From Haliotis rubra (lineage: Eukaryota): 64,000 nucleotides of DNA. Under the pieces are notes generated by a model that had not been told where the DNA came from, ran no database searches, and saw only the letters and a list, made by a program, of their open reading frames with translations. A program made the position numbers and the translations under genes. Shown here in pieces: positions 36,958 to 48,600 of this stretch. How positions within the stretch are numbered: position 1 is the stretch's first letter; every line of letters starts with the position of its first letter. The DNA lies in contig NW_025767293.1 of NCBI RefSeq assembly GCF_003918875.1, positions 186,001-250,000 on the forward strand. Reading direction: 5' to 3'.

Positions 36958-37127
36958 GGGCGGTGGGGTAGCCTAGTGGTTAAAGCGTTGGCTCGTCACG
37001 CCGAGGACCCGGGTTCGAATCCCCACATGGGTACAATGTGTGAAGCCTATTTCTGGTGTCCCCCGCCGTGATATTGCTGGAATATTGCTAAAAGCGGCGT
37101 AAAACCAAACTCAGTCAGTCAGTCAGT
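36958..37127 (+). mobile_element. SINE family A inserted into an antisense SINE B (36906-37200)
   Basis: TSD tccagctatatgg duplicates SINE-B sequence. Confidence 0.92.
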
Positions 37128-37512
37128 CCAGCTATATGGCGGCTGTCTGTACATGATCGAGTCTAGACCAGACAATCCAGTGATCAACAGCATGAGCATC
37201 CTGGTGAGCGTGTCCCATTTCGCCCGTCATGAAGGAACTCAGTACGTACTTGTATGTACCCAGGATGTCACAAGTACTCGTTGTCGGTAAACATGGGCAA
37301 CAATGTGGCGAAAACTGAAACCACAGGCAACGTTTAAATGTTTCCTTCTAAACTTCATCAAATGTGTCGTACTTTCATAGTATGGCATCGAAGATTCCAA
37401 AACAGAGTTGTGTAAATACAAGACTTAATTTCTGTCAGAAGTAAGTACCTTGTCATTTATATTTTGCCATTGAATTTGATTCTGTTACCAGTATGTTTAT
37501 GTAGTATGTTTC

Positions 37513-37612
37513 ATACATTAGTCCATTATCCACGTGTATATTCCATACATTAGTCCATTATCCACGTGTATATTGCATACATTAGTCCATTATCCACGTG
37601 TATATTGCATAC
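37513..37612. repeat. About 32-bp tandem repeat, 3 copies
   Basis: Unit catacattagtccattatccacgtgtatatt(c/g). Confidence 0.9.
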
Positions 37613-37956
37613 AACTAAAATGCTTATGCATTTGATAAGCTTGTTACTCGTCATTCACAACAACAACAGTGTAATAACAGTTCCTTACCGCTAACACCCG
37701 GTGTCATCACTGATTTTCAGTGCTCCATTAATGCTATTTTCAATGCCAGGTTGCCTTTACGCCATATGGCCAATGTTTCGCTGGATAATCGGAATTGGTT
37801 ACTCCTAGGCCTTGCCTTGGCGTTATGTAGATATTATCGACATTTAGAAATAGCATTGTGCGTATCTATTTTATTCGTTTCCTTATTATTTTTATTACTT
37901 TCATCATTTATGATGATGTCAAGCATGTACTGCATTTGCAACAATGGAACAGAAAT

Positions 37957-38075
37957 AGGGGCTCCTTTCACGAAGCAACCATTACTAAGGTTAACCTTAA
38001 CTCCCATTCTTTAACAGTGCACTAAGGTTACCTTAGTGACTTACGATCACCTTAGTCCTTCGTGAAAGGAGGCCC
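37957..38075. mobile_element. Small palindromic MITE
   Basis: ctcctttcacgaag...cttcgtgaaaggag; second copy at 21511. Confidence 0.78.
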
Positions 38076-38212
38076 TGGCTCACAAGTCCACAAGTTAAGG
38101 TCGATGTTCATAACGTGTCCCTATAAACATTTTTAATGCATGGTCCACTTTCATAATATTCACTCCCTATATGTCATCGGTGATCCATGTGAAGTATCTC
38201 CGGTTATCATAT

Positions 38213-38762
38213 ATACAAAGAACTTAGTTAAGCACCCCCTGATTTTTTGCAATGATAGGTTTTCAACACGTACATAAAACGTTTTCTGGCCCGTATGAAC
38301 CTTTGACCAATAAACCGACAAAATGGTTGGAATCAATGTTGATTGTATGGTGACAATTGCTCATTTTAAAAAAAAACACCGAGTGACTGGTTTACATAGA
38401 AATTTGTCTGTACAAGTATGGCCCTGGGATGTTTAATGTTGGATTTATTGGTGAATGTGAACATTCAAAATGTCATTTTGCGTGTCTTACACGATTCAAG
38501 GTCAATACCGAATATAACCTCCATGTGACAGCCAGCAGTCACCTCCTCATACCCCCTGCCAGCCTATTGATCCGCTTAAGGAGCAGTCTACGCCATTCCT
38601 CGTGTAAAGCAGCTTCCAACTGGGAACGGTTTTGTACAGGAGGATCCATTTGTTGCACACGACGACCAATCGTGCCCCAGATCAGTTCCAAAGGGTTCTG
38701 AACGGGGCTCATTGAAATCGTGAGATAGGTCATGGGGCGCTTAAGTTATTTCCAGTTGCATA
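38213..38762 (-). mobile_element. Internally deleted Tc1-like element
   Basis: Transposase C-terminus SPVQNPLELIWGTIGRRV...QLEAALHEEW...GMRR; imperfect TIRs ttaagc(a/g)cccc. Confidence 0.75.
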
Positions 38763-40071
38763 CACCCGTGGTATAAACCTGAATACCGTTCCTTTATTAG
38801 CATTATCATGGGGGTGGGGCCGCGGGGGTAGCCTGGTTGTGAAAGCATTTGCTCTTCACGCCGAAGGCCGGTTTCGATTCCTCAATTGCATACAATGTGT
38901 GAAACTCAAACCACTACAAAGGGCATTTGGCTGCCAAACAGTATGCCGTTTATTAAAACTTTCTCTAAGTTGTCAACGACGTCGCCACTACCACCAAGTA
39001 CAGATAAACCTGAAATAGGTAGGACTGATGCAATGTTAAAGGATAGCGTGTCACATTGATATTTCATGATCATCCTAAAAATCGCTAAAGTTAGGATTAA
39101 GCCGGTGTGCAAATGTAATCGATGATATTTTTCCGGTCACAAATTAATATATACAAATGTAAAAGGAGAGAAGTTCATTTCAAAACAATAATTTCCAAGT
39201 AATATTAGTATTCATATGAATATAAAAGAAAGAATGCTGCAGCGGACCAGAATATATAACTCCTGCCAGGTAAATGCAAATATTAAAACACAACTCCGAG
39301 TAAGAGTACAGTCAGTGCCACGCCCATTTTGAAAGTGCTAGTTTATCTTAAGATGATTCCATGATGTTTCGACAAAAGATAATAAACTCTCTTTTTTGAA
39401 ACTCAATATAATATATTCACATTGACATATTTTTGCTGATTACGGGTAAAGATGTGAAGTCTTACTAACTGCTCAGTATCATTATGTAATATTCTTAATA
39501 TTGGGACGAATCCACACAGCAACAAGGTCCTTTCACTTCTAAGACATCCCCCCAAAATTGTTTATGTACATACGTCCATTTGAATGGACATCCCAGCCCC
39601 ACCCCTCCTCCACTTTTCCCATATAAATCTAATGATCAATGTGACAGGATACATTTACGTATTCTCAGTGAGACGATTCCCTCTATATGAGAATAACGTG
39701 GTATCATGTCATATCCCACGGAGTCACGTACACACGAGTATCCATACACGTATTAACTAAAGAAAACAATGGGGCAAAACTGTTCACATCCGCGTAAAGT
39801 TGAGAAAAGTCGGCCGTGTACGAGAATACAACGGAAACGGAAAAGTGACAGGTGCATCCAAGAAATGTATTTTTAATTTTAGTCTGTCGACAAGTTGGGT
39901 TTCCGATATATTTTTGAAAAAGATATTTTACATAAGTAGCGAACTGTATCCAATTTTGCTATTGTTAAAAACACCTGGCATTGTAACTGTTAGTGCAGTC
40001 AAAATCAGACAGCGATATTATAGGCTGGTTTACATGACAGGACCAGAACCATTAAGTGAAGACTGACATGG

Positions 40072-40073
<2 letters not shown>

Positions 40074-40153
<80 letters not shown>

Positions 40154-40161
40154 GAGAGAGA
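40074..40161. repeat. (GA)n microsatellite
   Basis: Seen directly. Confidence 0.97.
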
Positions 40162-40196
40162 GGTGTTATATTAATTGCTTGTATTTTCATTTCCAG

Positions 40197-40284
40197 TGAA
40201 TAACATCATCATTGCATGGACAATTGCTGGGATTGGAATGGCCCTTGCCTGTTTCTTCCTATTACTATATCTATGCTTGAAATG
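40197..40284 (+). CDS. Adaptor B transmembrane exon
   Basis: 88 nt, phase 1 to 2, hydrophobic helix ending in CLKC. Confidence 0.87.
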
Positions 40285-40449
40285 GTAAGTCTTTCCAAAT
40301 AAATCTTGATTTGTGAAATACGTTTTCCCTATGGCATCAACAGATAATATACGCACACTGGAAATGATACCTTTCACAAAGTCGTAATAACTAAAAACGA
40401 GACAAAAGTGTGACATGGATTCTGTTACGGTTTAAATCAGTGACCAACC

Positions 40450-40480
<31 letters not shown>

Positions 40481-41874
40481 GAATTTGTAACGCGCCAATC
40501 TCACGCCAGCTGGTATGCTCATGGCGCTACAAGTAAAGTTATTTCTTGCTTTTGTTTTAAGTTTTACGTTGTTTGTGATAGTATATGCCGTATGTATTCA
40601 TTTCTTATTCCAGTAAAGACAAGTGTCACGGATGTTCAAGATTTGCATCAGCCTTTCCATCAGATATCGCTACCTTCTACAGGCAAAACTCTTGGGTGGA
40701 CTGTGACCACGAGTACGAGCGTATAAGCTTACAGGACAGGTCCCGGGAGAAAGACACTGTATGCAGCAGTCTACAACCGCATCATGAGGCGCGTCCGGGT
40801 GGGGAGAAAGGAGAAGACTATATAGATCCCCGAGCTTCATCATCAACAGAACATGTCGTAGATGATGTTAGGATATCCAGGTTATCCCATCTTCTGAGAA
40901 CATCGTTCTGGAGTAAAACCAACTCTGAGGAGGTTTTAGAATCTGACCACATACCAACATGTGGAAGCAGCGGGCAAAGGAGAACTCGAAGCTGCCGCAA
41001 GGTGAAGTCAACTGATATTTGTTCGAATACTCTCACTGCGGGGCATTTCATACCAGACTCGGGGGAGATTCGTGCACGGGGACTACCATCCGGAACAGCA
41101 GAAACAATGCCGGATGTCACAGACAGCATGGTTGACATTTTTCAAGAAATCTTCAATCCTTCCAACAACACTCTTAGAAGCCTGCTTCTCAGAACAATTC
41201 ACCCCGCAACTGAAAAAAATAAAAGTCTATCCAAACGTCTCTCTAAGTCTGAGACAGATGTCACCATTGCCAAAACATTCAGATCGTTCGGCAATACAGA
41301 CTACGATCCCTCTACAGACCCACAAATACAAAGTGGCGATGATGACCATTATGTCGCTGTCTCCGATATCAGAGTAACGCCTATACCAAAACGACGAAAA
41401 TCATTGTCCCGGAAGAAACACATCCTTGATGATAAGCAAACGGAAAACGAGTCTGAGCTCAGAAAATTGCCCGGCAGAAGTTTAATTAAATATATTACAA
41501 TCCCCATGTTCGAGGAAAGAAGAGAAGCAAGTATGCCTGTTCCGAGATCCAAACCCATGAGCCCCAGGCAGTGTCAACCAAGCAGCATCTTCAAGACTTC
41601 CTCTGACAAGAAAGGAGGTGGTGAATCTCCCACAAATCGTATGATAGAGGAACACGTACAAGCACCTGCGATGCATCTTGACACCTATGAAAATGAAATC
41701 CTAAGTGGAGTAGGCAGTCAAGAGAATCCGCAAAGCTTTCATGGATCCTTCAGGCGGAGTGTGCAAAAAGCAAGAAATGCTACATGTCTAGACGGACAAG
41801 CAAAAACAGGAAAAGAATATTCGAACGTAAGGATGGTCGTGAAGAATTTGTCATGCTCAATCGAAAACATTTGA
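40197..41874 (+). CDS. Transmembrane-adaptor-like protein (adaptor B), paralog of adaptor A, about 449 aa; 5' exon uncertain
   Basis: Exon 40197-40284 (x)NNIIIAWTIAGIGMALACFFLLLYLCLK(C), acceptor ttttcatttccag, donor gtaagt. Exon 40614-41874, acceptor tttcttattccag, in frame with the 429-aa ORF. Confidence 0.85.
40614..41874 (+). CDS. Adaptor B terminal exon (cytoplasmic tail)
   Basis: 1.26-kb ORF; motifs YERI, YIDP, YVAV, IKYITI, YENE, YSNV. Confidence 0.9.
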
Positions 41875-42343
41875 ATGGATTCAGAATTGTTGAACACTTG
41901 AATTGATGAATAATGATTTTTTATACGAAAAATATTATTAGTTCACATATATATGGTCTCCTTGTTGAGTAGAATATGACCTTCGTGTCCATTGCCAAAC
42001 CTTTTGTAGAACACATGGTGTCATCACGGATGTTTACTGATGCACTCGCATAATATTCACCACGTTAGGCCGTATCAAATCTGTTGGGACAGAAAAGTGA
42101 GACTGGCTATTTCTGGGAGGTATCGTATCTATATCACCCATATGGGAAGGAGGACACAGGGTAGTATTGTAGTCCTTAGGTAGATTACACCTTTCGGAGA
42201 ACGGTGATTGGCTGATTATAGCCAATGAAGTGAAGCCGCATCATAAGCGTAGGGATTTGGGTATTCCTTACATCACAGGTTTCCTCATAGAGAAACTGGT
42301 GTTTTCATTTTAGCGGGTTTTTTTATCGAAGACTGATACGTGT

Positions 42344-42349
42344 AATAAA
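42344..42349 (+). promoter_or_regulatory. Candidate polyadenylation signal of adaptor B
   Basis: AATAAA 470 nt after the stop. Confidence 0.45.
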
Positions 42350-42477
42350 AACAATAACCACCTCGTGACGGGGAATGACAGATGATCTTTCCCTCGTTAT
42401 ATTAATTTTGTAGTATTAGTTATTGTCTAAATATTTGTAAAGGACGATCCATGAGGAACGTGCGGTCGTGCTATTTA

Positions 42478-42712
42478 TGTTTGTTTATTTCTTGTTTAAC
42501 GCTGCACTCAGCAATATTCCAGCTATATGACGGCGGTTTGTAAATATTCGAGTCTGGACCAGACAATCCAGTGATCAACAGGATGAACATCGATCAACAC
42601 AAATGGGATACAATGACATGTGTCAAAATAGTCAGCGAGCCTGACCAGACGTTCCCGTTAGTCGCCTCTCACGACAAGCATGGGTTACTGAAGATCAGTT
42701 CTAACCCGGATT
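42478..42712 (-). mobile_element. SINE family B copy
   Basis: Aligns to the other B copies. Confidence 0.88.
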
Positions 42713-43704
42713 TTTTAAAGTATTATTCATAGTAGGAATAGTAGTATGATATAGTAGGAATAATATATTGACTCTTATTTTGGAAGATATTTCGTATACT
42801 TTGTACTGAATGTTTCAAGATACGTAGACAATAGTCGATAAGCCAAACTCATGATTGATAACATGAAAGACGACACAAGCCACCAGGTTACGACAAAAAC
42901 GGCAACTCGCAATTTATATCAGCATAGGCATTGTATACCAAGGTACACAGACCGATGCTCATGATGTCAAAAAGTGGATTGTCTGGTCCAGGCGCGTTCA
43001 TTTACAGTATGACGTCATAAAGCTGGACTATTCTGAGGCAGGCGTTAAACAATAAACAAACATACCAGGGAACAGTGTTCGGTTTATGATCGGTTTCCAA
43101 AGGGGCGATAAGGTAACCAACTGGTGGAAGCGTTGGCTCTTCACCCAGAAAGCCGGAGTTCGATTCCGGACATTGCTACAGTGTGTGAAGCCCAATTATG
43201 GTTTCCCTTGCTGGGATATTACCAAAAGCGGCGTAAAGCCATGTTCACTTATCTTTACTTGAAAATATGTATTAGACCTGAGAAAATGAACATAACTCTT
43301 CTTAACCTGCATGTATCTCTCCTTTCGCAGTATATACCAGCAAAATGTTTACTGTCAATTTTTTCAAGCTCACGTGCTTGACATTTCTTGTCGTTTTGTT
43401 TCGGTCTCTGTTGACCTGTTCAATTACTTCCTGGTACGCAAGTCGATGTTTCTATATTCAGTAAGCATAGAGTACACAGCAGTCACGAACGGAATGTGTT
43501 TATTATTATTTCCCTGTAATGACCGAGGGACATACTGCGACTCCAACCTGAACAAGGAAGTAATTGTTTTAGTCGTATGTGTCAACTCTCTTGTACACTT
43601 GCGAGGCTTGTTTGTTTTTGCGTAGCATACTTTCAAATATTTTCCCTGTGATGTTAAGTTGACTCAATTCATGCTTGTGCATAAAACATAGGGTCACAAT
43701 GTCA

Positions 43705-45640
43705 TCAACGTAGAAGATACTTTCATGTACGTACATGTAGGTTATACTTGCTGCGTCCACGAACATGGTACCAACGTCTACACAGAATACACTTTCATCC
43801 ACGTAGATAATACTTTCATGTACGTAGATGATACATCTGCGTAGATGATACTTTTATGTATGTAGATGATACATCCACGTAGATGATACTTACATCCAGA
43901 TACTTTCATGTACGTAGATGATACTTTTGTCCACGTAGATGATACCTATAGCCATGTAGATAATACTTTCATGTACGTAGATGATATATCCATGTAGATA
44001 ATACTTCCATGAACGTAGATGATATATCCACGTAGATAATACTTTCATGTACGTAGATGATATACCCACGTAGATAATACTTTCATGTACGTAGATGATA
44101 TATCCATGTAGATAATACTTTCATGTACGTAGATGATATATCCACGTAGATAATACTTTCATGTACGTAGATGATATACCCATGTAGATAATACTTTCAT
44201 GTACGTAGATGATATATCCATGTAGATAATACTTTCATGTACGTGAATGATATATCCATGTAGGTAATACTTTCATGTACGTAGATGATATACCCATGTA
44301 GATAATACTTTCATGTACGTAGATGATATATCCATGTAGATAATACTTCCATGTACGTAGATGATATACCCATGTAGATAATACTTTCATGTACGTAGAT
44401 GATATATCCATGTAGATAATACTTTCATGTACGTAGATGATATATCCATGTAGATAATACTTTCATGTACGTAGATGATATATCCACGTAGATAATACTT
44501 TCATGTACGTAGATGATATACCCACGTAGATAATACTTTCATGTACGTAGATGATATACCCACGTAGATAATACTTTCATGTACGTAGATGATATATCCA
44601 TGTAGATTATACTTTCATGTACGTAGATGATATATCCATGTAGATAATACTTTCATGTACGTAGATGATATACCCATGTAGATAATACTTTCATGTACGT
44701 AGATCATATACCCATGTAGATGATACTTTCATGTACGTAGATGATATATCCATGTAGATAATACTTTCATGTACGTAGATGATATACCCATGTAGATAAT
44801 ACTTTCATGTACGTAGATGATATATCCATGTAGATGATACTTTCATGTACGTAGATGATATATCCATGTAGGTAATACTTTCATCTACGTAGATGATATA
44901 CCCATGTAGATAATACTTTCATGTACGTAGATGATATATCCATGTAGATGATACTTTCATGTACGTAGATGATATATCCATGTAGGTAATACTTTCATCT
45001 ACGTAGATGATATACCCATGTAGATAATACTTTCATGTACGTAGATGATATATCCATGTGGATAATACTTTCATGTACGTAGATGATATACCCATGTAGG
45101 TAATACTTTCATCTACGTAGATGATATACCCATGTAGATGATACTTTCATGTACGTAGATGATATATCCATGTGGATAATACCTTCAAGTACTTAGATGA
45201 TACATCCATGTAGATAATACTTTCATGTACGTAGATGATATACCCATGTAGGTAATACTTTCATCTACGTAGATGATATACCCATGTAGATGATACTTTC
45301 ATGTACGTAGATGATATATCCATGTAGATAATACTTTCAAGTACTTAGATGATATATCCAAATGGATAATACTTTCATCTACGTAGATGATATACCCATG
45401 TTGATGATACTTTCATGTACGTAGATGAAAATATTATATCCATGTAGATAATACTTTTATGAACGTAGATGATATATCCATGTAGGTAATACTTTCATGT
45501 ACGTAGATGATATATCCATGTAGATAATACTTTTATGTATGTAAATGATATATCCACACAGATAATATTTACATCCACGTTGATAACACTTTCATCCACG
45601 TTAATGATACTTACATCTACACTGAAGAAACTTTCATCTA
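43705..45640. repeat. 38-bp satellite array, about 1.9 kb
   Basis: Unit tagataatactttcatgtacgtagatgatatatccatg, degenerate at both edges. Confidence 0.97.
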
Positions 45641-48600
45641 CAGTAGTAGTAGTTATTTGCTTTATCTAACGTCGCACGCACAACTAAGGTATTTCGGCGA
45701 CGGGGTAGTACACTTATTAAGAAATGAGGGGGAACAAAATATAGAAATTTTGAAAGAGTGGTGTTACTACCCCAAAAAGATTGTATTAGTGTTTGTTGAA
45801 TTTGGTAGAGTGGATAATGTTTTCCTATTCATTGCAAGTTATAATTGAATTTATCTATTATTGTGTTGTTAACTTTATTTGTTAGGTCTGTTTTGGAGTT
45901 AGGTATTTCTATTTTGTTTGGCAGCTTGTTCTGCCATTTCGTTGCCATGGGCTCCGATATGTGACGAGACCCAGATAAAATGTACTTGATTATTTTTATT
46001 TTGGTGGTATAGTATTCTTCTGTATATGTTATTGATTAGATCTAGTCTTTTTGTTGTAGAGTAATTTTTGAGAGCTTGTATGGAGCTTAAGGAATCCGTT
46101 AAAAAATGCAGATGGTAGTGCTTGTTTGTTTGCAAATCCTGAACTATGGCTGCGAGTTCTTCTGTGAAGATACTGGAGTTTGCTGGGAGATTATAGGATT
46201 GTTTCTGGCTTTTTTTGGATTTGTAGATACCAAAACCAGTATTATCATTTTGGTCCTTGGATCCGTCAGTATAGATGTAAAGATTATCTTGTGGATTGTA
46301 ATTTTGTTGTATGAATTCTTGCACTGTGAATTTATTAAGTATATAGTTTTCAGTAAGTTTTGTGTTGGCCAATATTTTTGGCAGTAATGCTGGAGGAAGA
46401 GATTTGTAATATGGGTTTGTATTATATTCTGTTGTATATAAATCAAGTTGTTGTTTCATTTCCTGTATTTTTTGTCCAAAAGGTTTTGGGTATTTGCCTT
46501 TATTGATAATGATTTTATTTTTATTTTTAAGAGATGTATAGTAGTTTTCAGTTTTGTTTGTAATGGGGTTGTTAAGGGATCAGTTACATATTTCATTGTA
46601 CATCTTTCCCATTGGAGAGTGAGGTCTAGTTCCCCGCATTCTACCAATAATGCTTGGAGGGATGTACCTGGGAAGGCCCCAGTTTTACATTTAAGTGCTT
46701 GGAATTGAATGAAACTGAGTTTGTTTATATGTGTTTGTGCCATATCTTGAAATATTTCGCAGCCATAGACTAATTGAGATTTGATGAGTGATTTATATAG
46801 TAATAGTAATGTTTGTTTGTTGCTAACCTATTTACTTTGTGATGAGTATTTAATAATGTTGAGCTCTGACTTGCATTATTCTTGTATGAATTGAATGTGT
46901 TTGTTCCATGTTAAGTGCTGGTCAAGGATTAGACCTAGAAATTTTACTGTATCTGATTGCTGTAACTTTTGTTTGTTAATATAAAGATGTACATTTTGTT
47001 TTCTTCGATGTTGTGCTTTGAATACTACAGTTGTTGTTTTAGTGGTAGAGAGTTGGAACCTTCATTGGTTGGCCCAGTTTTCAATATGGTTAAGTGTAGC
47101 TTGAATTTGTTTTTGTGTATATTTTTTCATTTTTCATTAACCCATATTGCTCCATCGTCGGGAAACTGGGATTTGTTTATGTTTTCACTGAGTTTGTTGA
47201 ATATATCATCAACCATAACATTGAAGAGAGTGGGTGAGATGATACTTCCCTAGAGTGTGCCATTTTCTAGTGTACATTAAACGCCAAAAGAAACGTTACC
47301 CCCCTTCCTGAATGACGTAGCTACCTATCTTCAACTGGTGTTGTGATGCGTGGACGTCCTCTTCTTGGTCTGTCTACGGGGACCCCAGTCTGTCTGAAGC
47401 CCTGACTCAGTTTTATATAACCGTGATACGACCCCGCCTGCGCCATTACAATGGCTCGTTTTCTCTCTTCAGCTGTTAATCGGGGCACAGTTCTCTTACT
47501 TGTGTATAATATCATGCATTCTAGGCTCTCTTTATAACCTATATAATCATTCTACATGTGAAATGGAAGCAAATACTGCTTAAATATTGCTGCGTTTTGG
47601 CGATTGATCATTGCTATGTATTAACAGAAAATGGAAAAATGTTACTTTGCAAGCAAAAAGTTTAACAAAGATAATTGTAGATGTTCCCAAACATTTGTTC
47701 ACAATATGAAAGACACGTTTTACTTGTTTTCACAATTGCAATTCAGCAGAAAATGTTTTAAAAGACTGAAATCATAGGAATGATTATTTTACATTTTACA
47801 CACTCTGCAACAGTTGTTTCTTGTTTAAATACATTGTAGTTGAAAAACGGTGACTTTAAAAGGGTTAATCTTTGTCTCAACGCGGAATTTTATTTAAACC
47901 TTTCTTTTGGACATCTAAATCACTGTTATTAGTTTATTTCGGCATGGACGAAAATAGGACAATTTAACTCTTCTGAAAAAGATGTATTTCACCTAAATAT
48001 GAATGCATTTGAGAAATTTTTTCGTGATTTGCATAAAGCTGTGTTTATAAGCTTTCTTGCAAACTAATACCTTCTTAAATATATTTGATAGTTTTTAAGT
48101 AATTCATAATTGTAGGAGGGTAACGTTTCTTTTGGCATTTTGTGTATAGTTTTGCGTCTATGGAGACTTTAAAGTCTCTGCCTGTTAGAAAGGCTGATAC
48201 ACAATTTAGAAGTGCCCCTTTTAAACCATCTTTTGTACTTTTTGGATGACACCCCCTCTCCGGAGCATATCAAAGGCCTTGGGGAAATCCAAAAAGACTG
48301 CAAATGTGTATTTTTTGTATTTTGTGCAGTTCTGATTTAGTTATGGATTTGTGCTAGATGATCTATGGTGGAGCGATGTTTGAGGAAGCCTGATTGAGTT
48401 ATTGTGTAAGGCGGTTGTTAACCATACCCTCCATGGTTTTGCATATGTTAGATGTAAGAGATATTGGCCGATATGATTCGGCTTTGTTTACGTCTTGGCC
48501 TTGTTTGTGTACGGGTATGATAAGGGAGTGTTTCCAGGCTTTTGGTATTTGACCGTTTATCCAAGCTGTATTATAAAGTTTTAGTAGTTGGTTTATTAAT

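Noticed and set aside
36958-37030. tRNA gene
   Set aside because: It is the tRNA-derived head of SINE A, continuing into SINE body and tail with a TSD.
39769-39876. MGQNCS... as a myristoylated first exon of adaptor B
   Set aside because: The donors I found are phase 2, incompatible with the phase-1 TM exon, and the frame stops after about 35 codons.
40585-40613. ATG at 40585 as the start of adaptor B
   Set aside because: It lies in the acceptor tract; a phase-matched TM exon exists upstream.
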